This document shows positions 19,792-28,900 of a stretch of DNA of 64,000 nucleotides, piece after piece. Both the position numbers and the translations under genes were made by a program. Numbering within the stretch: the stretch's first letter is position 1; each line of letters begins with the position of its first letter. Source of the DNA: Acidimicrobiales bacterium (GTDB taxonomy: Bacteria > Actinomycetota > Acidimicrobiia > Acidimicrobiales > SZUA-35); the NCBI GenBank assembly GCA_965224435.1, contig OZ245048.1, forward strand, positions 2,850,182 through 2,914,181, read 5' to 3'. Under the pieces are notes generated by a model. The model saw nothing but the letters and a program-made list of their open reading frames with translations, was not told the origin of the DNA and searched no databases.

Positions 19792-20621
19792 GTACTTCCG
19801 CAAATCTGACCCGTTCGACAAATCTGAGCAGTCCGGCAGAGCCAGCGCTTGGCCAATCCAGCCTCAAGGTTGCTGCCATCCAACACAGCATTGTCTGGGA
19901 GGATCCGCCTGCGACCTTTCTGCGGGTCGCACCCCTGATCGAAGAGGCTGCCGGCGGCGGAGCCAAACTCGTCTGCCTGACCGAGATGTTCTCCGCCGGC
20001 TTTTCCATGGCCAGCGACAAGATTGCTGAGCAAGAGGACGGTCCGAGCGCATCCTTCCTGATCGAGCAGGCATCCAAGTACGACGTGTGGACCTGCGCAT
20101 CGGTCCCAACTCGTTCGCCTGACTATGAACGCCCAGTCAATCGTCTGATTGTCTGCGACGGCAACGGAATCGTTGCCCACTACGACAAGATCCACCCCTT
20201 CAGATATGCCGGAGAGGACCAGCACTACGACCCCGGCACTGGACTGTTGACGTTGGACCTTGACGGAGTGCAATGCACGTTCTTCATCTGCTACGACCTG
20301 CGCTTCGTCACCGATTTCTGGGACACCGCAGCTGTCACGGACCTCTACGTCGTCGTCGCCAACTGGCCAGCTGCTCGTCGCCAGCATTGGCAGACCCTGC
20401 TCCGGGCCCGCGCTATCGAGAACCAGGCTTATGTCTTGGCCGTCAATCGAGTGGGCGAAGACAACAACGGTTTGGCCTATGGCGGTGACTCAGCCCTGAT
20501 CGATCCGCTTGGCAAGACCCTGCTGCACGCGGCGGAGATCGAAACGGCACTAGTCGGCGACGTCAGCGCCGCTCATGTCGCCGAGGTTCGGGCCAAGTTC
20601 CCCTTCCACCTCGACCGATAG
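19788..20621 (+). CDS. Carbon-nitrogen hydrolase family protein (omega-amidase/YafV-like)
   Basis: 277 aa: LKVAAIQHSIVWEDP...CLTEMFSAGFS...FFICYDLRFV (catalytic Cys in the CYDLRF context). Its start overlaps the aminotransferase stop by 4 nt. Confidence 0.8.
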   Translation: MSTSANLTRSTNLSSPAEPALGQSSLKVAAIQHSIVWEDPPATFLRVAPLIEEAAGGGAKLVCLTEMFSAGFSMASDKIAEQEDGPSASFLIEQASKYDVWTCASVPTRSPDYERPVNRLIVCDGNGIVAHYDKIHPFRYAGEDQHYDPGTGLLTLDLDGVQCTFFICYDLRFVTDFWDTAAVTDLYVVVANWPAARRQHWQTLLRARAIENQAYVLAVNRVGEDNNGLAYGGDSALIDPLGKTLLHAAEIETALVGDVSAAHVAEVRAKFPFHLDR

Positions 20622-20661
20622 CCCGCAACCTCGGGACTGCTCGGGGTTTCCTCGAACTGGG

Positions 20662-21078
20662 TTAGCTCACCGCTAGCCGTAGGTCGGTTTGGGCGAAGTC
20701 ATTGCCTACACATAACAATGGCAAGTCGGCGTGAGACGCCAACGCATAGGTGAAGCAGTCCCCATAGTTCAGTGCTGCCGGGTGCCTGCCCTTGCCGTAT
20801 TTTTGCCACGCGTCAAAGGCCAGATCAGCCAGCTGCTCAGTGACAGGAATACGGTCTATGCCTGCTTGCTGGACGAGATCATCGGCGATTCTGCCTCCTT
20901 GTTCTCCAAGTCGAGACGTCGCCACCATCCGCAACTCCAACAGTGACGCATCACTGATGATTGCGGAATGCGCCTCGCTCAGAACTAGCTCACAGGCATT
21001 CGCCTTGTCTTCATCCAGAAGCATGGCCATGAGAGCGGATGTGTCCACCACCAGATCGTCGTTGATTGGGCGTTTCAT
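20662..21078 (-). CDS. vapC: PIN-domain ribonuclease toxin VapC
   Basis: 138 aa: LVVDTSALMAMLLDE ... GDCFTYALAS, the PIN acidic residues. Directly downstream of, and overlapping, a small antitoxin gene. Confidence 0.8.
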   Translation of the reverse strand: MKRPINDDLVVDTSALMAMLLDEDKANACELVLSEAHSAIISDASLLELRMVATSRLGEQGGRIADDLVQQAGIDRIPVTEQLADLAFDAWQKYGKGRHPAALNYGDCFTYALASHADLPLLCVGNDFAQTDLRLAVS

Positions 21079-21323
21079 CAGATCGGCAGGCCCACATCAT
21101 CGAATTGGGGTATGGATGCAGGGTTTTCTACCCGCTCTAGGCTTTGGGCTCGCTCGAGAACCTCCCGGATGCACTCTGCTTTTGTTGGGCCGTGCAGCAG
21201 TCGTTCTCGTCTCAGCCTCTGGCGCAGGGATTCGGTGACCGCCGCGGTGAGGCTCTCTCCGGTTAAAGCAGTGAGCTCTCGGACCAGAACATCTGCGTCG
21301 GGATTCTTAATACAGAAGGCCAT
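21078..21323 (-). CDS. vapB: Type II antitoxin VapB
   Basis: 81 aa. The small upstream partner overlaps vapC by 1 nt, with a typical antitoxin N-terminus [24 protein letters not shown]. Confidence 0.7.
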   Translation of the reverse strand: MAFCIKNPDADVLVRELTALTGESLTAAVTESLRQRLRRERLLHGPTKAECIREVLERAQSLERVENPASIPQFDDVGLPI

Positions 21324-21480
21324 TTCTAGACTCTAGGTGCTTTTCTAGACTTCGTAAAGAAGATGGCACCAGTTCGCATCCCTAGGCCGAATCCAGTAGG
21401 TTCGTTTGTTGAACCAACTAGGCATCGATCAATTCAACAACACCTCCCCCGGCTACCAACTGACCTGACACGAGACTGCT

Positions 21481-23814
21481 ATGACTGAAACTCCAACCTG
21501 GCACAAGAGTGCCTGCATCCTCTGCTCCATCAATTGTGCGGTTGAGTTGCGCACCAACGGCCGAGAAATCATCCGAGTCCGCGGCGACAAGGCAAGCCCC
21601 TCATCGGAGGGTTACACCTGCGAAAAGGCCCTTCGTCTCAATCACTACCAAAACGACCCGCATCGATTGGCGAGTCCCCTACGGAGACGCAGCGACGGAA
21701 CCTTCGAGGAGATCGATTGGGACACCGCTATCGCCGAAATAGCTGATCGCTATCGCGACATCATCGACACCCACGGGGGTGACAAGATCCTGTTCTATGG
21801 GGGCGGAGGCCAAGGAAACCATCTTGGCGGAGCCGCCTATGGATCGGCTACCCGTTCAGCCCTTGGAATCCGTTACAACTCCAACGCACTAGCTCAGGAG
21901 AAAACCGGTGAGTTCTGGGTTGATGGTCAGCTGTTCGGCCGATCCAACTGCCACACCACCGGCGACTACGAAGAAGCCGAGGTCTCAGTCTTTTGGGGCA
22001 AGAACCCCTGGCAGTCCCACGGCTTCCCCCAAGCCCGCCGCATCCTCAAAGCCATCGCAAAGGACCCGTACCGGACCATGATCGTGGTCGACCCGCGAAT
22101 CAGCGAATCAGCCAAGATGGCCGATATCCACCTCCGTCCAAACCCGGGCGGGGACGCTCACCTTCTGGCCGCCATGCTCGGTGTCCTGGTCGAAGAAGCG
22201 TTGCTCAACGACGAGTGGTTGGCCAACAATGCCAATGGCTTGGAGGAGTTACTCGGCCATGTACGCAGCGTCGATATTGCCGCATCGTGTGTCAAGGCTG
22301 GTGTACCCGAGGCCCAGGTACGAGAGGTCGCTCGCATACTGGCCCAGGCCAAAGGCGGCGTCTCGATCTTCGAGGACCTTGGCATCCAGCAAGCCCCTCA
22401 CTCCACCCTCAATAGCTATTTGGAGAAGCTTCTTGTTCTGCTGACCGGAAACTTCGGAGTCAAGGGAGGCATGAATATCCACTCTCGATTCGCCTCGCTG
22501 AGTTCGGCTGGCGCATCTGGCCGCTCCCGCAACGGCCCGAGAGTCGAGCCGGCAACTCCCGTTACCGGACACAGGCTGGTTACCGGACTTGTGCCGTGCA
22601 ATGTCATGCCCGACGAGATCTTGACTGATCACCCCGACCGTTTTCGGGCCATGCTGATCGAGTCGGGTAACCCCGTTCACTCAGTGGCCGATAGCACCCG
22701 CATGCGTGAAGCCTTGGATGCTTTGGACTTCCTGGTCGTCATCGATGTTGCGCTCACCGAAACAGCGCGCCACGCTGACTACGTGCTGCCAGGCTCCTCC
22801 CAATTTGAGAAATGGGAAGCCACCTTCTTCAACCTGGAGTTCCCGTCGAACTTCTTCCAACTTCGTCCACCAGTCTTTGAGCCGCTCGAGGGAACCCTGC
22901 CCGAAGTCGAGATCCACGCCAGGCTTTGTCGAGAACTCGGCGCCTACGGCGATGATGACCTTGCCCCACTTCATGCAGCAGCTAGCAATGGTCGATCCGC
23001 CTATCTGGAAGCCTTCTTCCAGTTCAGCATTGACCGTCCCGAGCTGAGCCGCCTCGCTCCAGTCATCTTGTATGAGACTCTCGGCCCAATCCTGCACACA
23101 CCAGACGGCGCCCCAGCGGCGGGAGCAGCAACGGTCTGGGGACTTGCCCAACTCTGCGCTAGCTCGTTCGGCCCCTCAGTTCTGCGAGCAGGCATCGGTG
23201 GCAATCTGGCCGAAGGCGAATCCCTTGGCGACGCTCTCTTTGACCATATTCTCGCCAACCCATCGGGCGTCACCTTCACGATTGACAACTACTCCGAGAC
23301 CATGGCTCGGGTACAAACCGATGACGGCAAGGTCCGCCTGGCCATCGACTCGTTGCTGAAAGAATTCGACGGGCTCGCTACTGAACCTGCCCCCTTCGAA
23401 GCCGACCCCGAATTCCCCATGGTGCTTTCCGCCGGAGAACGTCGCTCATCAACCGCCAACACCATCTACCGCGACCCATCATGGCGAAAAACTGACCAGC
23501 ATGGAGCCCTGCGCATCTCCACCACCGATGCCGAGGGTCTTGGTCTCAGCAATGGCGATAAAGCTCGCATCACTACCAGGGCCGGAAGCGCTGTCACCGA
23601 AGTCGAGATCACCGACACCCTGCTGGCCGGCCATATTTCCCTTCCCAATGGTTTCGGACTGGGGCCAGCTGGTTCCAGCGACGCCGTCGGAATCGCACCC
23701 AACGAGCTGACCTCTGGCAGTGACCGGGACTGGTTCGCTGGCACCCCTCATCACAAGCATGTCCGAGCCAAGGTTGAGCCGGCCGAAACACCAGCTGCAG
23801 CAACCGCATCTTGA
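21481..23814 (+). CDS. Molybdopterin (bis-MGD) oxidoreductase, MopB superfamily (formate-dehydrogenase-like catalytic subunit)
   Basis: 777 aa. N-terminal 4Fe-4S motif CILCSINCAVE...C, then a molybdopterin oxidoreductase core and a C-terminal MopB barrel (ISTTDAEGLGLSNGDKARITTRAGS). Confidence 0.8.
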   Translation: MTETPTWHKSACILCSINCAVELRTNGREIIRVRGDKASPSSEGYTCEKALRLNHYQNDPHRLASPLRRRSDGTFEEIDWDTAIAEIADRYRDIIDTHGGDKILFYGGGGQGNHLGGAAYGSATRSALGIRYNSNALAQEKTGEFWVDGQLFGRSNCHTTGDYEEAEVSVFWGKNPWQSHGFPQARRILKAIAKDPYRTMIVVDPRISESAKMADIHLRPNPGGDAHLLAAMLGVLVEEALLNDEWLANNANGLEELLGHVRSVDIAASCVKAGVPEAQVREVARILAQAKGGVSIFEDLGIQQAPHSTLNSYLEKLLVLLTGNFGVKGGMNIHSRFASLSSAGASGRSRNGPRVEPATPVTGHRLVTGLVPCNVMPDEILTDHPDRFRAMLIESGNPVHSVADSTRMREALDALDFLVVIDVALTETARHADYVLPGSSQFEKWEATFFNLEFPSNFFQLRPPVFEPLEGTLPEVEIHARLCRELGAYGDDDLAPLHAAASNGRSAYLEAFFQFSIDRPELSRLAPVILYETLGPILHTPDGAPAAGAATVWGLAQLCASSFGPSVLRAGIGGNLAEGESLGDALFDHILANPSGVTFTIDNYSETMARVQTDDGKVRLAIDSLLKEFDGLATEPAPFEADPEFPMVLSAGERRSSTANTIYRDPSWRKTDQHGALRISTTDAEGLGLSNGDKARITTRAGSAVTEVEITDTLLAGHISLPNGFGLGPAGSSDAVGIAPNELTSGSDRDWFAGTPHHKHVRAKVEPAETPAAATAS

Positions 23815-24266
23815 TGCGTCGTACTCGATTTGACGATGCCCACTGCCCGGTGGCAAGAGCAACCGATCTGATGGGCGATTGGTGGACACCCCTCGTCTTG
23901 CGAGACGCCTTCTTCGGACAACGCCGCTTCTCCGGCTTCCAAGAAAGCCTCGATATTCCCAAAGCCGTTCTTGCTGCACGGTTAGCAAGGTTGTGCGACG
24001 AAGGAATGATGGAGAAGGTCTCCTATCAGGAGCACCCTCCTCGCTATGAGTACCACCTAACCGACAAGGGCCAGGCGTTCTGGGATGTGCTGGCGGCCAT
24101 GTGGCGATGGGGAACCGACTGGTGTTGGCCCGATGACGAGCAGCCATTTCTCGCCCTCAAGTCCAAAGCCACCGGCAAGATCGTGCAACCAGTCGTGGTT
24201 GATGAACTCACCGGTGAACGCTTGGATCTCGACGCCGTCCGATTCGGCCGAAACTCACCCTCATAG
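23811..24266 (+). CDS. HxlR-family winged-helix transcriptional regulator
   Basis: 151 aa: CPVARATDLMGDWWTPLVLRDAFFGQRRFSGFQESLDIPKAVLAARLARL, an HxlR signature. Its start overlaps the oxidoreductase stop (ATGA). Confidence 0.8.
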   Translation: MMRRTRFDDAHCPVARATDLMGDWWTPLVLRDAFFGQRRFSGFQESLDIPKAVLAARLARLCDEGMMEKVSYQEHPPRYEYHLTDKGQAFWDVLAAMWRWGTDWCWPDDEQPFLALKSKATGKIVQPVVVDELTGERLDLDAVRFGRNSPS

Positions 24267-24352
24267 TCCCTTCTGGCACCGAGCCGATGTCGTATATGGA
24301 TCGCTACCGGTGCCGGAAGGGAGGGCGCTATGACAGGGGAAGGTGTGGCAGA

Positions 24353-25291
24353 ATGCGGGCCATGAATTCTCGGGTGGTGTTTGCGACGGTGATCTTGGTC
24401 GCCGTCTTGGTCGGCGGCAACTTCACCTCCCTCAAATTCGCCTTGGATCACACCACTCCGTTTCTCTTGACCTCCATGCGCACGGTGGTCGGTGGAATTG
24501 TCTTGACTTCGTTTGCTCTTCTGCGGGGTGAAGCCCTGCCCCGACGACGAGACGACCTGGTCCGGATTTTCGTCGTCTCCTTCAGCATCACCACCATCTC
24601 CAGCGCGCTCCTGGTCTTCGGAGTCAGCCGGGTGCCCGCCGGGGTGGCGTCCCTCTTGGCTTCAACCATGCCCCTGTTCACTGCCGTGCTTTCTTTTCTC
24701 CTGCTGAAAACGACACTGTCACGGCTTGCCGTTCTTGGCCTCTCGATCGGCTTCATGGGCACCATCATCTTGGCCATGCCCTCACTGGGTGGCCAAACCG
24801 CGGGCATCGGCATTGTGTCCATGGTTGTGTCGGCCTTGGCTTGGGCTTTCGGCACCGTGTACATGAAATGGAAGGACCTGAGCCGGGTCAGTCCAGTCAT
24901 GCTGGTCGGATGCCAACTCCTGATGTCCGCCGTTGTGCTGGTGCCCTTCGCCCTAGTGGTCGAAGGCACAGCAGACACTGATTGGAGCCTCGGCCTTGCT
25001 CTTCCTGTGGCCTACTCCGCCGTTCCCGGCATGGCCGTCACCTTCGCCCTCATCGCCACCGTGGTCCGCAAAGCCTCTCCGACCTTGGCCGCCTCAACCG
25101 CCTACGTCATTCCCGTCTTCGGTGTGCTATTCAGCTTCTTGATCCGCGGCGAAGTTCTGGGACTCGCCGAACTGGTCGGCGGCGTCTTCGTCCTGATCGG
25201 CGTCTACATCTTGATTCGGGCAACCGCCCCTCAAGCCCCGACTGAGCCGCCTCCGACTAGGCCACGCTCGGCCAGCGCGGCCCGAACCTGA
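24353..25291 (+). CDS. DMT-superfamily (EamA) transporter
   Basis: About 10 TM segments. Duplicated EamA halves. The start was chosen at the internal MRAMNSR; the track ORF starts at 24287. Confidence 0.75.
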   Translation: MRAMNSRVVFATVILVAVLVGGNFTSLKFALDHTTPFLLTSMRTVVGGIVLTSFALLRGEALPRRRDDLVRIFVVSFSITTISSALLVFGVSRVPAGVASLLASTMPLFTAVLSFLLLKTTLSRLAVLGLSIGFMGTIILAMPSLGGQTAGIGIVSMVVSALAWAFGTVYMKWKDLSRVSPVMLVGCQLLMSAVVLVPFALVVEGTADTDWSLGLALPVAYSAVPGMAVTFALIATVVRKASPTLAASTAYVIPVFGVLFSFLIRGEVLGLAELVGGVFVLIGVYILIRATAPQAPTEPPPTRPRSASAART

Positions 25292-25872
25292 TCAACCCCC
25301 TTGGTCAAAACCGCATCGATGCCCAGAGCAAGGGCGGCATCAATGTTCGGCTGGTTGTCGTCGACAAAGAGAATCTGTTCCGGTTCGACGTCCAGTTCGT
25401 TGCGAAGCTCGGCGATCACATGCTCGAAGATGATGGCATCAGGCTTGACCATGTCCAAGCTATAGGACGTGAACATACGATCGAACAGTTCGGCGATGAC
25501 CTCATGGTCGGTCTGGGTTTCCCAGTGCATCACATTGGTATTGCTCAAGACCGAGAAGGGCACGCCGTTTGACTTGAGTTCAACCAGAAGGTCTCGGGCG
25601 CCGGGGAAGAGACCCTTTGGCCAGCGAGCAAATCGCTCGATCAGTTCTTCACCAGACATGGCCAAACCAAGTTCTTTGACCAGCTCGGCCCCGAAGTACT
25701 CCGGGGTGCAGCGACCTCGCTCAAAGTGACGAACCGTTGGGCTGCGCAACCAACCCCGCCAGAAGTCGTCAACCGAGATCTCCTCTTCACCCAAGATGTC
25801 GCTGATGGGGCCCAGTTCGACCAGGACTCCCCCCATGTCAAACACAACAGTCTTGATTTTGGACTCACTCAT
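25231..25872 (-). CDS. HAD-IA family hydrolase
   Basis: 213 aa: VVFDMGGVLVEL (motif I DxG) ... SNTN ... FVDDNQPNIDAA (motif IV). It begins 66 nt downstream of the giant ATPase stop. Confidence 0.75.
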   Translation of the reverse strand: MSESKIKTVVFDMGGVLVELGPISDILGEEEISVDDFWRGWLRSPTVRHFERGRCTPEYFGAELVKELGLAMSGEELIERFARWPKGLFPGARDLLVELKSNGVPFSVLSNTNVMHWETQTDHEVIAELFDRMFTSYSLDMVKPDAIIFEHVIAELRNELDVEPEQILFVDDNQPNIDAALALGIDAVLTKGVDQVRAALAERGLVGGGSVGA

Positions 25873-25938
25873 GGGGCAATCACTTTCTGCTATCGAAAAC
25901 CGAATACGAGCAATAGCTGCATCACGGTGTTCGAGGGG

Positions 25939-28900
25939 TCAGTCAGGTTCTTCGGGCGGAGCTGGTTCGGACACCCAGTCTGGCGGTTTCTGACGGACTT
26001 TTGGCTTACTCGCGCCAACATGGATATCGGGAGTGAAATGGATGTCGGGCTGGTTGTTGAAGGCATCGGCCACTGACTCAATAGCGGCAACCAGCCGAGT
26101 TGCCGGATCGCGATCGTCGCCGCCGAGGCGTTGTTGACGACGAAAGGTCGCCAGAATGTCACTCCAACGCTGCCGCTGCACATCAGTCATTGAGTCTCGA
26201 AGCTCAGCCAGGCGCAGCAGATTCCATTCTGCCGCACCAGTCAAGGCCTGAGACTCTGCCGCATAGTGTTCATCGATCAAACGATCGACCTCATCCGAAG
26301 TCATGATTGGCAACAACTTCGAGGCCATCCTGGCCATATTTCGATACGAGCCCTGCAACAGGAATGGCGGCTCTGTTCGATACTGATCATCGGTCGCAGC
26401 CGACGCGATGTATTGACGATTAACCGAAAGCACGACCTCTTGCACCTGACGAAGGTGGCGCAGGGTCATCACCATCTCATTCACTTCAACCGAGGAGTAG
26501 GAACCATCAAGCATTGACTCTTCAATTGCAGCCGATCCTGCGGCCCCATCCGACGCACGGAATAACCGATTGAGATCTTCGGGGCTGCTTCCTGCCAGTG
26601 GAGCGAGGGCGGGATTCGAGGTTAGAGCGTTCTCCAGATAGCTCCGAGCAAACACTTCTTCGTTGCCGGACAGCACATCACCAAGGTTGTAGGTGTCGGC
26701 ACGGTTAGCCAACATGTCCGGAATTCGGAAGCGCTCCCCCGATTCGGTATAGGGGTTGCCGGCCATGACGACGGCAAACCGCTTTCCGCGAAGATCAAAG
26801 GATCGGGCTGACCCATCCCAGACGCCCTCGATTCGACGCTGCGCATCACACAAGGAGATGAATCGTTGCAGGAATTCCGGATTGGTGTGCTGGATGTCAT
26901 CCAGATACAAGATCACGTTGGCGCCAACAGCAAAGGCCAGGTTGATGCGTTCGATCTCCCGGGCAGCGGTTGCGCTTGGGGCCTGAGCCGGGTCCAACGA
27001 GGTGACCTCATGACCCAATCCGGGCCCGGACACCTTAACCAGGGCCATGCCCAGGCGATCAGCGATGTACTCAACCAGCGTGGTCTTGCCGTAGCCAGGA
27101 GGCGACAACAGCATCAACAATCCTGACCTGGCTCCCACCTGGTCATCAATGGTTCCGATCTGGCGTGCCAGATTGTCGCCAATCAGCGGCAGGTAGACCT
27201 GGTCAATGAGCTGATTGCGAACAAAACCTTCGGGAACTTGCGGCTCCAGACCATCAAGGCGCAGCGAATCTCGCAGCTCGGTCAGGGCAATATCGCGGGC
27301 CGCGGTAAAGGCACTATGGCGAGGAACACCTTCCGCATTGTGCAGTCGGACTTGCTGGATCACCTGATCGATTCGCCCGCTGAGAGTTCCCGCCTCCACT
27401 GTCTGGTGGCGGCCGGTCAGGCCTTCAACGGCGAAAGCCAGGTCAACATCGACGAGGCGCCTCGGCAGTTCGGGTAGCACAAGGCAGACAACAAGCTCGG
27501 CCACCAGATGAGAATTCGGCGCACCAACCTTACCTTCGACATAGTCGCTGACCAGGACCAATGCGCCGTCCCGGTCACCGTCGAGGTCCTGAACCATGGC
27601 CGCAACGACCTCGTCCTTCGCCAGCTTCTTCATCCAATCAACAACCGCCGGCGATTGGGCAAAGGCGAATCTCGCTGATCGAAATAGTTCGCCAATCAAG
27701 TACCGGGCTATGGGCCAGACGGTGTTGCTGGGCTTGTCCTGGTCGTCATTGTTGGTGAGATCCAGCACCAGCTGCTGAGCTAGTTCATCCAATGTCGACG
27801 GCTCCACCCGAATCTCTGAGGCGGCATCACCCCGCTCAACCCAACGCTCGCGTCCCTTGTCATCCAATCGCTCGGCCCAGGCCAGCTGAGCCGCGGCTCG
27901 AACCGGGCCAGGAGTCAAAAGAGACTCAGCGCTCAAGGCCAACTGTCCAAGTTCGCGAAGGATCAAGGCGGCATCCATGTCGTGAACACCACGGTCATAA
28001 CCTTCAGAGAGTCGCTGATCGACCTGGTCCTGCACCAGTCGCAGGATCCCATCAGATTCCGTGTCAGAGCCTGCTCCGGATCCTATGTCGAAGGCCTTCT
28101 GCGGGCTCTCGCCGGTCGCATCTCGCCCAGCCAACATGTCCAGAATCATGTCGACGGCCAGGTAGGTCGCCCGGTAGAGATCGGCGGTCTCTGACCGCAG
28201 GGGCCGCTCCCACATATCGCGATCAGCCAAACCATCAGAGCCAGCCGAATCATTGGAAGACGTCGTCTGCAGGGCAATCCGCAAGTCGGTCCCTGTCAGG
28301 ACCGCCTCCAGATGATCCTTGCCGGGAACAATGGTCAGCTCCCGTCGGCGATCATCCACACTGAACCGGTGCCGTCCAAGTTTGACGGCATCACCATCGA
28401 AAAGGTCTGCCCGGTCCCGCAAGGCACGGACAGCGCCATCGCGAGCACTTCCGATTCGAGCCTGCAATTCATCGGCCCGGACCGGTTCGCCAAGCTCACG
28501 GAGGTCATCAAGCAGACCACGAACACGCGCCACCATCGGGTCTGCAGCAAAGAAGCCATTGACATCATCGGTTGAGGGCAGGTTGGCTGCTCGGTCCGCC
28601 ACCCGGTCCAGAGTGCGAACAGCTGCTCCCACCAATCGCTCGGCCCGCTGTTGACGATCATCCACCAATTGCTGACGGCGTGAGGACAAGGCTTCGGTGA
28701 CCTGGTCACGACGTTGCCCAAGCTCATCCAACTGATCTTCGGTCCGAGGCCCAGCTGTCTCCAGTTGTTCCAGCTGCAGCATGAGCCGAGCTAGCGCCTC
28801 GTCACAAGCCTCCGGGGTTGAGGCACGGCCAACTGCGGTGGCAATGGATTGGCCAAGTAAGCCAATTTCGGTAGCGAAGGCCGCACCCGTCTCCAATTGG

